From: Tepidisphaera sp.
Lineage (GTDB): Bacteria > Planctomycetota > Phycisphaerae > Phycisphaerales > UBA1924
Direction: 5' to 3'
NCBI GenBank assembly: GCA_050916045.1
Contig: CP051526.1
Coordinates: forward strand, 512,001 to 576,000
Length of the DNA: 64,000 bases
Shown piece by piece: positions 50,363 to 62,479 of the stretch. Position numbers and translations under genes: made by a program. Below the pieces are notes generated by a model, which worked only from the letters and a program-made list of their open reading frames with translations, was not told the DNA's origin and made no database searches. Every line of letters starts with the position of its first letter. Positions within the stretch are counted from its first letter, which is position 1.

Positions 50363-51820
50363 TCAGCGAGCGGAGGGTGCTCTTGAAATCACAACCTGTC
50401 CCTGGCGGTCTCCCCGAATCACGTGGAGTTTGATGCCGCGGTTGAGATCTCCGCGGCCCATCGCGGCCGAGAACTCCTCGGCGGTCTCCACATCCTCGCC
50501 GTTGACCCGCAGGATGATGTCGTCCTTCTCAAGCTTGGCCGCTTCCGCCAAGCCGCCCGTGCGGACTTCGGTCACGACGACGCCTTTGATGCCGCGGTAG
50601 CCCATGCTCCGAGCTTCCCGCTCGGGTAGCGCACGAACCGTCATGCCGACGTCGGCTTGCTGAAGAGCTTCGAGGTCGCCGATCTTGATCGCGACCTTGG
50701 CGGGCTTGCCGTCGCGCAGGACCTCGAATTCGGCGGTGGTACCCGGCTCGGTGAGCGCGATCGCGGCCCGGAGAGTTGAGAGAGCGGTCATCGGCCGGTT
50801 CTGATAGCGGGTGACGATGTCGCCGGGCTTCAGGCCCGCGTCGGCGGGGCTGCCGTTCACGACTTCGCGGATGAGCACGCCCGAGTTGGGAGCGACACCC
50901 GCGTCCAAAGCGTCGCTTCCGAGCAGGTCGGTGAAGCCGGCTCCGATCCAGCCTCGGACCACCCGGCCGTTCTTGATGATGGCGTCCATGACGGCGGAGG
51001 CGATGTTCGCGGGGATGGCAAACCCGATGCCCTCGCTGCCCCCGGCTTTGCTCGCGATGGCGGAGTTGATGCCGACGATCTTGCCCTCCAGGCTGAGAAG
51101 CGGGCCGCCCGAGTTGCCCGGGTTGATCGACGCGTCCGTCTGGATGAAGTCCTTGTACGCTTCCTCGGAAAGCTCGCGAAGGGGAACATCCGCGCGGCTC
51201 TTCGCGGACACGATCCCCGCGGTCACGGTGTTCGCGAACCCGAAGGGCGAACCCACCGCGACGACCCATTCGCCGACCTCAAGCGTGTCCGAGTCCGCGA
51301 ATTTCAGCGGCGTCAGGCCCTTCACATTGATCTTGAGCACCGCCAGATCGGTGAGCACGTCGCGTCCCACGATCGTCCCCGTGACCACGCGCCCGTCGCG
51401 CAGGTGCACGTCGATCAGATCAGCGATCGCGACGACGTGGTTGTTCGTCAAGATCAGGCCGTCCTCGGACACGATCGCCCCCGAGCCGAGCCCGGCGTTG
51501 ACGATCCGTGTCCGGCCGGTCGGCCGACGCTCGAAGAAGCCGACCTGCTCGTACTCCGGCTGACGCTTCTTCGCGACGATGTGGACCACCGCCGGCTCGA
51601 CCTTCTTCGCGACATCCTTGAACGCTTTGGACAAGCCGCGAGCGATCGACAGAGCGTCCGTCTCGGTCATCGACTCGGGCTGGGCCTCCGGGGCGTGGTC
51701 CGCTGATCCGCTCGCGACCGCGTGGGGAATTCCGCCGCACATACCCGCGACCGCCACCATCCAAACCGCTAGCGTCGATTCGCCGAACGTCGACCTGCCG
51801 AATCTCGATCTGCCGAACAT
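50363..51820 (-). CDS. HtrA/DegP (Do-family) serine protease with two PDZ domains
   Basis: GLGSGAIV, LTNNHVV, TDLAVLK, QTDASINPGNSGGPL, GIGFAIP, two PDZ-like domains. Confidence 0.95.
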   Translation of the reverse strand: MFGRSRFGRSTFGESTLAVWMVAVAGMCGGIPHAVASGSADHAPEAQPESMTETDALSIARGLSKAFKDVAKKVEPAVVHIVAKKRQPEYEQVGFFERRPTGRTRIVNAGLGSGAIVSEDGLILTNNHVVAIADLIDVHLRDGRVVTGTIVGRDVLTDLAVLKINVKGLTPLKFADSDTLEVGEWVVAVGSPFGFANTVTAGIVSAKSRADVPLRELSEEAYKDFIQTDASINPGNSGGPLLSLEGKIVGINSAIASKAGGSEGIGFAIPANIASAVMDAIIKNGRVVRGWIGAGFTDLLGSDALDAGVAPNSGVLIREVVNGSPADAGLKPGDIVTRYQNRPMTALSTLRAAIALTEPGTTAEFEVLRDGKPAKVAIKIGDLEALQQADVGMTVRALPEREARSMGYRGIKGVVVTEVRTGGLAEAAKLEKDDIILRVNGEDVETAEEFSAAMGRGDLNRGIKLHVIRGDRQGQVVISRAPSAR

Positions 51821-51985
51821 GGGTGTCTCCAAAAGGGGCGCCGTGTCGCGCCGGAAGTCGAATGAAGTCTCAGGATTAAAACGAACTCGCCCTCGGGCGG
51901 TTCGCCAATCGCAAGGATGCGCGCAAGAAATCCTTCCGTCATGCTTGCAAAGTGCAAACAGAATACAAACCGCACCGCGTTTGCC

Positions 51986-52693
51986 TCACGTCCCGCGCTT
52001 GTTCCCGAACAGATCAAGGTGCAATCGGCGGCAGAGGCGCCATCCCCGGGCCGTGCAGATCTCGACGAGCCAGTTCAGCGTGCCCGGCGCCGGCGGAGCG
52101 ATCCCCTCGGGCATGAGCAGAACGTCGTCGGGCCGAAAGCCGCTCAGTGAGCCAAGCACCGATTCGAGTTCGGGAATGTCGGCTTGGCCTTTCACGACGA
52201 ACTTCAGTTGGTGATCGCCGGGCTCGTTCAGCAGAGCTTGGAGCGCCGCGAAGTTCAGCCGGCGCTCCTCGTGCACCTTGGCCCAGTGGCCGGTGGGGTC
52301 GCGCGGGTCGTTCCTCGGCGTGCTGTGCGAGAGCTTGGGGCTGATCGACCAGAGGTCGCAAGCGACGGTTCGATGCACCGTGCCGGCGGTCTCGATCGTG
52401 ATGTGGAAGCCCTCGGCGCGAAGGCTCGCGGCGAGCGGTTCGATCTCGCCGAAGATCATCGGTTCGCCGCCGGTGAGCACGGCGTGTTTGACGCCGCTTA
52501 ACTTCGCGTGCTCGACCAGCCAGTCGATCGGTCGGCGATCGATTTCCGGGTTCCAGCTCGCGTACGGCGTGTCGCACCACCCGCACCGCAGGTTGCAGCC
52601 GCTGGTGCGGATGAAGAAAGACGGGACGCCCGTGAGCTTGCCCTCGCCCTGGATGGAGGTGAAGGTCTCGGAGATCGGGAGCCAGTCCTTCAT
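51986..52693 (-). CDS. queE: 7-carboxy-7-deazaguanine synthase (radical SAM)
   Basis: SETFTSIQGEG, CNLRCGWCDT, TGGEP, IETAGT, SISPKL; ATG overlaps the queC stop. Confidence 0.93.
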   Translation of the reverse strand: MKDWLPISETFTSIQGEGKLTGVPSFFIRTSGCNLRCGWCDTPYASWNPEIDRRPIDWLVEHAKLSGVKHAVLTGGEPMIFGEIEPLAASLRAEGFHITIETAGTVHRTVACDLWSISPKLSHSTPRNDPRDPTGHWAKVHEERRLNFAALQALLNEPGDHQLKFVVKGQADIPELESVLGSLSGFRPDDVLLMPEGIAPPAPGTLNWLVEICTARGWRLCRRLHLDLFGNKRGT

Positions 52694-53391
52694 CGCTGGC
52701 TCCGCATGTAGCGGGTCGGGTCGGAGATTCCGGCGTCGGCGAAGCCTTTGATGCGGATCTGGCAGCTGTCGCAGTGGCCGCAGGATTCGCCCGACGCGCT
52801 GGGGTCGTAACAGCTTGAAGTCAGGCTGTAATCCACGCCGAGCGAGACGCCGAGCCGGATGATCTCGGGCTTGGTCATGCGGATGATCGGCGTGAGGACG
52901 CGGAGCGGGCGTCCCTCGACGCCAGCTTTGGTGCCGAGATTGATCGTGCGTTGCACGCTCTCGATGAATTCCGGCCTGCAGTCGGGGTAGCCGGAGTAGT
53001 CGACGGCGTTGACGCCGGTGTAGAGGGCTTCGGCTCCCACGACCTCGGCGAGGCCTGAGGCGATCGCGAGGAAGGTCAGGTTTCGCGCCGGGACGTACGT
53101 GATCGGAATGCCGTGCGAGAGGTCGTGGTCCGAGCGGTCCTTGGGGACGTCGATGTCGGCGGTCAGGGCCGAGCCGCCGATCTGACGCAGACCCAGCGTG
53201 ACCACGCGGAGCGAAGCCGCGCCGAGATGGTCCGCGACCCGCTTGGCGCACGAAAGCTCGTGCTTGTGCCGCTGGCCGTAGTCGAACGCGATCGCGTGCG
53301 ATGCAAACCCGTCGCGGCGGGCGATGGCGAGCACGGTCGCGCTGTCGAGGCCGCCGGAAAGCAGGACCACGGCTTGCGGAAGCGCGGTCAT
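52690..53391 (-). CDS. queC: 7-cyano-7-deazaguanine synthase
   Basis: LLSGGLDS, FDYGQRH, TYVPARN, DYSGYPDCRPEF, SCY...CGHCDSC. Confidence 0.97.
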   Translation of the reverse strand: MTALPQAVVLLSGGLDSATVLAIARRDGFASHAIAFDYGQRHKHELSCAKRVADHLGAASLRVVTLGLRQIGGSALTADIDVPKDRSDHDLSHGIPITYVPARNLTFLAIASGLAEVVGAEALYTGVNAVDYSGYPDCRPEFIESVQRTINLGTKAGVEGRPLRVLTPIIRMTKPEIIRLGVSLGVDYSLTSSCYDPSASGESCGHCDSCQIRIKGFADAGISDPTRYMRSQR

Positions 53392-54167
53392 GGAGCCACC
53401 TTGCGGAGCGTGCAGGAGTGGGGCGTCTTGCCCACACACATCTTGCGCTCGTAGTTGGTGCCGACCACCTCGCCCTCGCCCATGCGCTCAAGCGCGGCGA
53501 ACGGGAGGAGGTCAAACGGCTTGGGCACGTCCGGAAGCGAACCGACCGGCACCGCGCCCGAAGCTCGGAGAGCTGCGAACGCCGGAGCGTCCGTCCAGGC
53601 GGCGAAGTGCTGCATGTCCCAGGTCCACAGCTCATCGTGGTCGGTCACGACGCGGAGCTCGCCCGCGGGGGCGAGGGTGCGCCACACTTCGGCGAGGAAC
53701 CGGTGCTGGATGACGCGGTTCTTGTGGTGCTTGGTCTTGGGCCAGGGGTCCGAGAAGTAGAGGTGGATGACGCGGAGCAGGTTGGCGGGCGTCCGCCAGC
53801 GGAGGAACTCGGTGGCGTCGGCGTGGAGCATGCGCACGTTGGTGACGCCGGCGCGGCGGAGGCGGTCGGCGGTGTACGCGAAGAACTCGCCCTCCCACTC
53901 GATGCCGAGGAAGTTGGTCTCGGGCCGGGCTTTGGCTTCGTTTAGGATGAAGGTGCCCTTTCCGCAGCCGATCTCGAGTTCGAGGGGCAGGGCGGGGTTG
54001 GTGAACCAGGCCCGCGGGTCGAGGTGGCCTCCGGTGGGGTTGGAAGCCAGGTCGTCGGGGAGGGGCGGGATGGCTTCGCGCGCGACCGCGATGACGCCCG
54101 GGGCGGTGTCGTACTTGCCCTGTTGGGGTGGTTGCTGCGCGGGATGGGAGGAGGGCGTGCGGGTCAC
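53388..54167 (-). CDS. trmB: tRNA (guanine-N7)-methyltransferase
   Basis: LEIGCGKG, NFLGIE, YFSDPWPKTKHHKNR, VTDH, TNYERK. Start approximate. Confidence 0.93.
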   Translation of the reverse strand: MTRTPSSHPAQQPPQQGKYDTAPGVIAVAREAIPPLPDDLASNPTGGHLDPRAWFTNPALPLELEIGCGKGTFILNEAKARPETNFLGIEWEGEFFAYTADRLRRAGVTNVRMLHADATEFLRWRTPANLLRVIHLYFSDPWPKTKHHKNRVIQHRFLAEVWRTLAPAGELRVVTDHDELWTWDMQHFAAWTDAPAFAALRASGAVPVGSLPDVPKPFDLLPFAALERMGEGEVVGTNYERKMCVGKTPHSCTLRKVAP

Positions 54168-54402
54168 GGGCGAGTGTAGGAATTGGGGTCCGCAGATGTC
54201 CGCAGAAAACCACACCGGGCTTTGGTGAGATCTCTTGGGGGGGCATGGTCGTATAACCCAATGTGCGTCGTGCGCACGGGGAAACCCCTCTTGGATTCTC
54301 GGTACCGGTTCATCCGGCCGATGACAAGAGGTTGGTTGCGGAATGGATTCCAGAGGGCGCCGGTCTCCGATCTGGAGCGCGGGAGCCCGGGAGGGCACGC
54401 CG

Positions 54403-56502
<2,100 letters not shown>

Positions 56503-56523
56503 GTGAGCGGCGACGATCGATTT

Positions 56524-56569
56524 CACGCCGAGGCCGAGTCTTTCTCGAAGACTCGTCAGCCTCGGCGTG
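56524..56569 (+). terminator. Long hairpin downstream of prkA
   Basis: CACGCCGAGGC..CGAGTC-loop-GACTCG..GCCTCGGCGTG; weak U-tract. Confidence 0.5.
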
Positions 56570-56711
56570 GGATTTGCCTGTACGCTCGCCGAAACAGCCG
56601 TGGAACGAAGACCGCGACCCGAGCGGGTTTGCGATGGAGCGTCGTGCCAAGATCGACCTGATGCGAACATAAGAGTCTCGCCGACGTCCGCCAACGTCGT
56701 ATCGTTGTCCA

Positions 56712-57695
56712 ATGGGTCTTGTCAGCCAGAAACTCGATCTTCGCGACGACCGGGGCGTGGTGCTTGCGACGGTTGAGCCGGAGCATCGGCGGGAGGGGTT
56801 GTGGCAGGATCGGAAGAAGCCTTGGCGGTCGTGGTCGTCGTGGCGGTTCTTGAGTGTTGTGCCGGTGCTCGGGCTGGGGGTGTATGTCATGTGGAGTCGG
56901 GGGTGGTCGCCACAGCCGATCCCGTGGCTGGTGGTTGCGTTTGGGGTCGGATCGTTTGGGCCTCGTGTTTCCACGCGGGGGAGCGTTCGACGGCTTTGCT
57001 CGAACGCGAAGCGTCTGGCGTGGGGGCCTATCGCGTGGCTCAGCGCGTATCGGCATTGCGGGGCGTGCGGGTACAGCTTGGCGGAGGTTGAAGCGGGCGA
57101 GGACGGGTGTGCGACGTGCCCGGAGTGTGGGGCGGCATGGCATCGGGACCGATGGACGATGGCGGGGCAGGACCCTCGCGAGAACAGCGAACTAGTGGGC
57201 CTGCTCGGTGGTGCGAGGTGGGGGCGGCAGAGTGAGGCGAACGCGTTCGTGTTGGACGATCGCGGCGTGCCTTTCAAGGCACCCGGGGGCGCGTATCCGA
57301 AGTGGGTTTCGGCGCGCGAGACAGATGGGCTTGCCCGCGAGCGTGTGCGGCGTGGGCTCAACGCGGCCGGGAACCGATGGCTTGTGGTGGCGGCGTGTGT
57401 GTGGGTGCCGGTGTGGGCGGGGCTGGTCGGGTTGATCGTGTGGCAGAGCCAACCGCTCCCTCGAGAGTGGTGGTCGCAGGTCTTTCTTTTGACGGCCCTT
57501 TTCGGATTACTTGGGCTGTTGATGCTGTATCTCGTTCGCCGATTTTCGATCAGCGATTCGGTGATCCGGAAAGTCTCGCTCGGCGAGGGCCGATGTCCGT
57601 GCTGCGGGGGGGCCATGAACGGCGACGCGGAGTTTGACGGGTGTGTGGCGTGTCGGCGGTGTTCGCGGGCGTGGCGGGTCGAAGCGAAGGCGTGA
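56712..57695 (+). CDS. Hypothetical membrane protein with two TM-hairpin plus zinc-ribbon modules
   Basis: CGACGYSL...CPECG and CPCCG...CRRC, each preceded by two hydrophobic helices and a DDRGV motif. Confidence 0.7.
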   Translation: MGLVSQKLDLRDDRGVVLATVEPEHRREGLWQDRKKPWRSWSSWRFLSVVPVLGLGVYVMWSRGWSPQPIPWLVVAFGVGSFGPRVSTRGSVRRLCSNAKRLAWGPIAWLSAYRHCGACGYSLAEVEAGEDGCATCPECGAAWHRDRWTMAGQDPRENSELVGLLGGARWGRQSEANAFVLDDRGVPFKAPGGAYPKWVSARETDGLARERVRRGLNAAGNRWLVVAACVWVPVWAGLVGLIVWQSQPLPREWWSQVFLLTALFGLLGLLMLYLVRRFSISDSVIRKVSLGEGRCPCCGGAMNGDAEFDGCVACRRCSRAWRVEAKA

Positions 57696-57752
57696 AAGAC
57701 AAACCTCGCGCTCGCGCGTGAGGCTCGTTGTGCGTGAGGTGTGGGGCGTGGC

Positions 57753-59252
57753 TCAGCAGCCTTCTTCAAAGGCTTGGACGTAATCGGCGTAGTCGAAGAA
57801 GTCGAGGAAGCCGTCGGCGTTGAAGTCGACGGGGCAGGGGTTGGCGGGGGCTTGCACGGCGAGGAACGCGCTGACGGGCTTGGTGTCGCAGCCGGTGGCG
57901 ATTCGGCACTCGTAGACGGCGGAGTCGGCGGGCTCGACGTTCTGGATGCGGAGCAGTCGGGTGTCGGCGCCCGAGATGCGAGCGGAGTTGAGCAGAGGGC
58001 TTCCGTTCTTGTACCAGCGGTAGTCGAGATTGACACCGACGGCGCTGGTTGCGAATTCGGCGGTCGCGCCGGGGGCGAGGATCTGGTTGTCGGGTCGCTG
58101 GAGGATCTGGACGGGCCCGCCGCCGGAGGTTTCCAGGATGCAGAGCTGGCCGGTCCGATCGGCCCAGAGCACGTCGGGGAGCCCGTCGCGGTTGCGGTCC
58201 ATGAGGGTGGCGAGGGGATTGCTGCCAGCGACGCCGGCACCGCCGAAGTCCAACGGTGCGGCGAAGGCGGGTGCTCCGCGGTTGAGGTAGACGAGGGCGC
58301 GCAGGTTGAACCCGGTTTCGCTGGCGACGGCGGTGACGTCCGGGGAGCCGTCCATGTCGAAGTCTGCGACGGTGAGGGCGTTTGTGGAGAGGTCGGCGGG
58401 GCCTGAGACAACGGTGCACGTGAAGGCGCCCAGGGGATTGCCGATGAAGACGAGGAATCCTGATGTGTTGTTGGTGGCGATGATGTCGGGAATGCCGTCG
58501 GAGTTGATGTCCTGAACGACGCGGCTGGTGAGGCCGTTGTTGTTCGCGGCTGCGGAGACGCGGCGTGCCTGGAAGGACCCGTTGCCGTTGCCTTTGAAGA
58601 AGTTGACGCCCGCGGGGTTGCTGACGGTGGTGAGGACGTCGTCGCGGCCGTCGTGGTCGACGTCGATGAGGGTGATGAGGTTCGGACCGTCCCCGGCGGG
58701 GTAGGTCGTTCGGGGAAAGAACCCGCCGCCGGCGGCGCCCATCAGCACCGAGATGGTGTCGTCGCTGGTGTTGGTGACGACGAGGTCGGGTCGTTGGTCG
58801 CCGTTGAGGTCGCTGAGGGCGAGGCTGGTGGGGGTGCGGCCGACGGAGTACGCGGCGGAGGCGGTCAGGAACGTCCCGTCGCCGACGCCGCGGTAGACGC
58901 GGACGGATCCGGCGGCGTACTCGATGGCGAGGAGGTCCAGGTTCCCGTCCCCATCGGCGTCCTCAATGATGAACCTGACGAGGGTCTGGGGTGCAGGGAG
59001 CGGGATGAATTGGATCGAGGTGTAGGTTTGGGCGGCGTTGCGGCGGATCACGGTGACGCCGGTGCTGCCGGGGGTGCCGCTCGAGGCGGTGATGATCTCT
59101 TCGACGCCGTCGTGGTCGAGGTCAACGGCTTTGAGGTCGCTGGTGAAGGATGGGATGGTGAAGAAGGAGATTGGGGGAAAGAAGAACGGCCCGCAGTCGG
59201 CGAGGGCGGTGGGGGCGAGGGAGAGGACGGCGAGAGCGAGGGTACGAATCAT
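57753..59252 (-). CDS. Secreted FG-GAP/VCBS beta-propeller plus Ig-domain protein with single GC-type dockerin-like tag
   Basis: Repeated D(L/A/V/I/F)DxDGxxD loops; YRWYKNG...DSAVYEC Ig domain; [27 protein letters not shown]. Confidence 0.9.
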   Translation of the reverse strand: MIRTLALAVLSLAPTALADCGPFFFPPISFFTIPSFTSDLKAVDLDHDGVEEIITASSGTPGSTGVTVIRRNAAQTYTSIQFIPLPAPQTLVRFIIEDADGDGNLDLLAIEYAAGSVRVYRGVGDGTFLTASAAYSVGRTPTSLALSDLNGDQRPDLVVTNTSDDTISVLMGAAGGGFFPRTTYPAGDGPNLITLIDVDHDGRDDVLTTVSNPAGVNFFKGNGNGSFQARRVSAAANNNGLTSRVVQDINSDGIPDIIATNNTSGFLVFIGNPLGAFTCTVVSGPADLSTNALTVADFDMDGSPDVTAVASETGFNLRALVYLNRGAPAFAAPLDFGGAGVAGSNPLATLMDRNRDGLPDVLWADRTGQLCILETSGGGPVQILQRPDNQILAPGATAEFATSAVGVNLDYRWYKNGSPLLNSARISGADTRLLRIQNVEPADSAVYECRIATGCDTKPVSAFLAVQAPANPCPVDFNADGFLDFFDYADYVQAFEEGC

Positions 59253-59345
59253 GGCGGGACTCCTGGAAGGGCCTCCCTCGATGTCAGGGCGGCGACACGC
59301 GGCATGCGATGGACGACAGGGGTGGGTGCCAGGAATCAGGGCAAA

Positions 59346-59378
59346 AACGGGCAGGCCACCGGGGTTTCCGGTGGCCTG
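59346..59378 (-). terminator. Terminator after 59417..60835
   Basis: CAGGCCACCGG-n5-CCGGTGGCCTG, followed by CCCGTTTTT on the minus strand. Confidence 0.65.
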
Positions 59379-59416
59379 AGGGGGTTATGGGATCGAAAGA
59401 GCTTGGGGAGGCGTGT

Positions 59417-60835
59417 TCAGCAGCCCTCTTCAAAGCCTTGGACGAAGGCGTCGTAGTCGAAGAAGTCGACGAAGCCGTCGCCGTTGAAGTCGATGGCGCA
59501 GATCGGGACGGTGGGGTTGTGCTCGAAGGCGCCGACATCCACGACGCCGGCGATTCCCGGGAGGAAGTTGACGGGCTCGGCGTCGACGAAGCGGAGCTCG
59601 CCCTCGGCGTCTCGTGGGACGTTGACGTTGGCGGTGCCCACCCGGGCGAAGGTCGAGCCGCGGTCGATGCAGGGCGAGAGCGGCGAAAGCCGATAATCGT
59701 CGCTTCGGTCGTAGAAGTTGTTCGGGCCGGGCGCGTTCAGGAACTGGGGCTGCTGCGAGAAGTTGCCGAGGCCGGGCTCCATGACGCCGACGGTGTTGCA
59801 GTACTCGAAGGAGATGGTGGACTGCGGGGCGCGGTCGGCGATGGCTCCGTAGGCCTGAATGATGCTGTTTCGCACTGTCGCGCGGTATCGGCCGGCGGGC
59901 GCCCCTTCGGTCACGACGCCGAGCCCTACGCCGGCGATCGTGCAGTTCTGAATCACGACGTCCATTGGCCGGTTCAGAGGGGCCAGCAGGATGCCGCTGA
60001 GGGCTTCGGTGATGACGCAGTCGGAGATGGTTGCGTTGCTGCTCGCGAAGATTGCGATCCGCGCGCCGGCGATGTGACAATTCCTGATCGTCTGTCCATC
60101 GAAGATCGCGATCTGGCGGTCGGTCGACGCCCCGGCCGAGACGATCGTGAAGCCTTCGAGGACCGTTTCGGGTCCCTGGCCACCCGCGAGGATGATCCCG
60201 TAGGTGGGGTCCGTGGTGGAGATGGTCGTGACGGCCGGACCTTCGGCGGAGCGCACGATGAGCTTCTTGAACCCGAAATCGAAGCTCCCCGTGTAGTTGC
60301 CGGGGAGAACCTTGATCACCTGCCCGTCGCGGGCGGCGTTGATGGCGGCTTGGATGGTCGGGTACTCGGTGGGGACGCGGATATCGCCGTCGACCTCGAC
60401 GATGGCGGGGAGCACGGCCCAGTCGCCCCGGTCGTTCCAGCGGCCGTTGGAGGGGGCCATCGCGACGAGGTCCTCGAGGCCGCTGCCGTTGTTTGGCTCG
60501 CCCGGTGCCCAGTTGAACCAGACGGCGGGGTCGCCGCCGATCCAGGAGTAGAAGTTCTCGGTGGCGATGTCGTTGACGCCGATGAAGCACTCGGAGGTGT
60601 TGCGTCCGAAAGCGGCGACGTTGGCCCGGACCCACTCGTTGGTGGTGCTGTCGTGAATCGTCGCGAGCGACCCGCCGAGAGCGGCGGCGCGGGCGTTGGC
60701 GTCGGCCCAGGTCGTGGGGGCGAGGCGGTAGTAGCGTTTGCCGTTGGCGGGGTTCATGACGGGCCCGACGACGACCTGAGCCTGCGCGGCGGTGAGCAGG
60801 GCGAAAGCGGTCAAGATAGCGAGGCATCGTGACAT
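59417..60835 (-). CDS. Secreted C-type lectin plus beta-helix protein with GC-type dockerin-like tag
   Basis: AAGGAG before ATG 60835; TWADA...GGSLATI, NWAPGEPNN, WND; VPTEYPTIQAAI; tag ending EEGC*. Confidence 0.9.
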   Translation of the reverse strand: MSRCLAILTAFALLTAAQAQVVVGPVMNPANGKRYYRLAPTTWADANARAAALGGSLATIHDSTTNEWVRANVAAFGRNTSECFIGVNDIATENFYSWIGGDPAVWFNWAPGEPNNGSGLEDLVAMAPSNGRWNDRGDWAVLPAIVEVDGDIRVPTEYPTIQAAINAARDGQVIKVLPGNYTGSFDFGFKKLIVRSAEGPAVTTISTTDPTYGIILAGGQGPETVLEGFTIVSAGASTDRQIAIFDGQTIRNCHIAGARIAIFASSNATISDCVITEALSGILLAPLNRPMDVVIQNCTIAGVGLGVVTEGAPAGRYRATVRNSIIQAYGAIADRAPQSTISFEYCNTVGVMEPGLGNFSQQPQFLNAPGPNNFYDRSDDYRLSPLSPCIDRGSTFARVGTANVNVPRDAEGELRFVDAEPVNFLPGIAGVVDVGAFEHNPTVPICAIDFNGDGFVDFFDYDAFVQGFEEGC

Positions 60836-60881
60836 GGTGGATCTCCTTGGGTTGATGGGGAGGGGTTGGGCCGAGGCGAGA

Positions 60882-62312
60882 TCAGAAGGCGCAACCGAAC
60901 TCGAAGGCTTCGACGAAGGCGTCGTAATCGAAGAAGTCGATGAAGCCGTCCGCGTTGAAATCGACGGTGCAGAGCGGTGCGGGGGCGGTGTATTCGTACG
61001 CACCGCAGTCGGCCACGGGCCCGGGGCCCGCGCCGGTGTCGAAGGTGGCGGCGTCATCGACAAAGCGCGGGCCTCCTCTCAGATCCGTGGGGATGGAGAG
61101 GTAGGAGAGGGGTTTGCGGCGTGCGTTGTTGGCGGCGTCGATGCAGGGGGAGGTGGGCTGGAGGAAGTAGTCGTCGGTGAGCTCGTAGATGCCGTTGGAG
61201 CCGGGGGCGTTCACGAAGCGAGGGTCGGCGTTGAGGTTGTTGGGGCCGACGTCTCCCTCGGCGACGACGTTGGAGAGGAAGAAGATGTTTGCGGTGCCGC
61301 CGGCGCCAAAGGGCGAAGTGTTGCCCGCGGTCACGGAGTTGATGAGAGACACCGTCACGGAGATCCCGGGCACGTTGTCGATCGAGATCAGGCACTGGTT
61401 GTTTCCGACGAGTGTGCAGTTCTGGACGGTTGCGTTGGTGCGGGTGCCGTTTGACGAGACGACCAGACCGGGCGCGCATCCCACCACGAGAGAGTCTGAG
61501 ATGAAGGAGGTACCGCGTAGGTGAACTCCGGCTGCGTTTGGATTGTTCAAGCGGCAATTGCGGATGACCTGGCCGTCATAGGCGATCACGAGGGCGTCTG
61601 CCGTGCCCGAGCTCGGGACGACAGTAAAGCCCTCGAGAACGGTCTCTGGACCTTACCCGCCCGTCATGTTGATCCCGATGCTGCCAGGGAGAACGCGGAT
61701 CGTCGTGCTCGAGGGCCCGCCCTCAGACCGGATCACGAGTTTCTTGGTTCCGTAGTTCACGTTCCCGGTGTGTTGACCCCGGGCGACGAGGATGGTCTGT
61801 CCATCGACAGCGGCGTCGACGGCGGCCTGGATGGTCGCGTACTCGGCGGGGACGCGGATGGGCCCGGTGACTTCAACGATCGCGGGTCGGCTGATCCCGT
61901 TGGGGATGTCGTTCCAGAGGCCCGAGGAGGGAATCATGCTTCCAAAGTCCTCGCCAGCGCCGGCGTTGTTGGGCTCGCCAGGCAACCAATTGAGGTAGAC
62001 CGGCTTCTCGCCGTTGGACCAACGGAAGGTGCCCTCGGCGGCGACGTCGTTGATCCCGATGAAGCAGGTCACGGTGTTGCCGCCGGCGGCGGCGAGGTTG
62101 GCGCGGATCCACTCGTTGGTGGCGGCGTCGTGAATGGTGACGAGGGTGCCGCCGAGGCTTGCGGCTTGGGTGTTGGCGTTGGCCCAGGTCGTGGGGGCCA
62201 GGCGGTAGTACCGTGTGCCGGTGGTGGGGTGGGCGATGGGGCCGATGGGGGCTTGGGCGATGGCGGTTCCCGCGAGAGCGAGGGCGGTGAGGACGGTGAG
62301 CGTGCCTTTCAT
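60882..62312 (-). pseudogene. C-type lectin plus beta-helix plus dockerin-like tag paralogue interrupted by one in-frame TAA (61653-61655)
   Basis: ORFs 61653..62357 and 60882..61589 are in the same frame. The read is NMTGG*GPETVLEGF where both paralogues have AGGQGPETV(L/I)EGF. Confidence 0.85.
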
Positions 62313-62410
62313 GGTGGTCTCCTGTGGTCGGGGGGGGGGGTGCGTGATGCTCGGCACGCATCATGCGACGGGCGAGCGATGAGGTGCCACGATTGACGGT
62401 GAAATGCGTG

Positions 62411-62447
62411 AAAGACAGCGGGCCGCCGGTACATCGGCGGCCCGCTG
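62411..62447 (-). terminator. Terminator after 62480..63910
   Basis: CAGCGGGCCGCCG-n6-CGGCGGCCCGCTG, followed by TCTTT on the minus strand. Confidence 0.7.
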
Positions 62448-62479
62448 GGAAGCTGCTGAGGGCTTGGGTTGGGGCGAGA

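Noticed and set aside
52694..53635. Long N-terminal extension of QueE (549-aa ORF)
   Set aside because: Alternative frame over queC/trmB, Arg-rich and featureless; the real start overlaps the queC stop.
51986..54167. queC/queE as part of a 7-deazaguanine DNA-modification (dpd) defence island
   Set aside because: They are coupled to trmB with no dpdA/tgt-like or helicase genes nearby; ordinary tRNA modification is the simpler reading.
61653..61655. Stop-codon reassignment, selenocysteine or pyrrolysine readthrough
   Set aside because: The codon is TAA at a Gln position, and TAA terminates other genes here (e.g. rplU, clpS, motA, motB).
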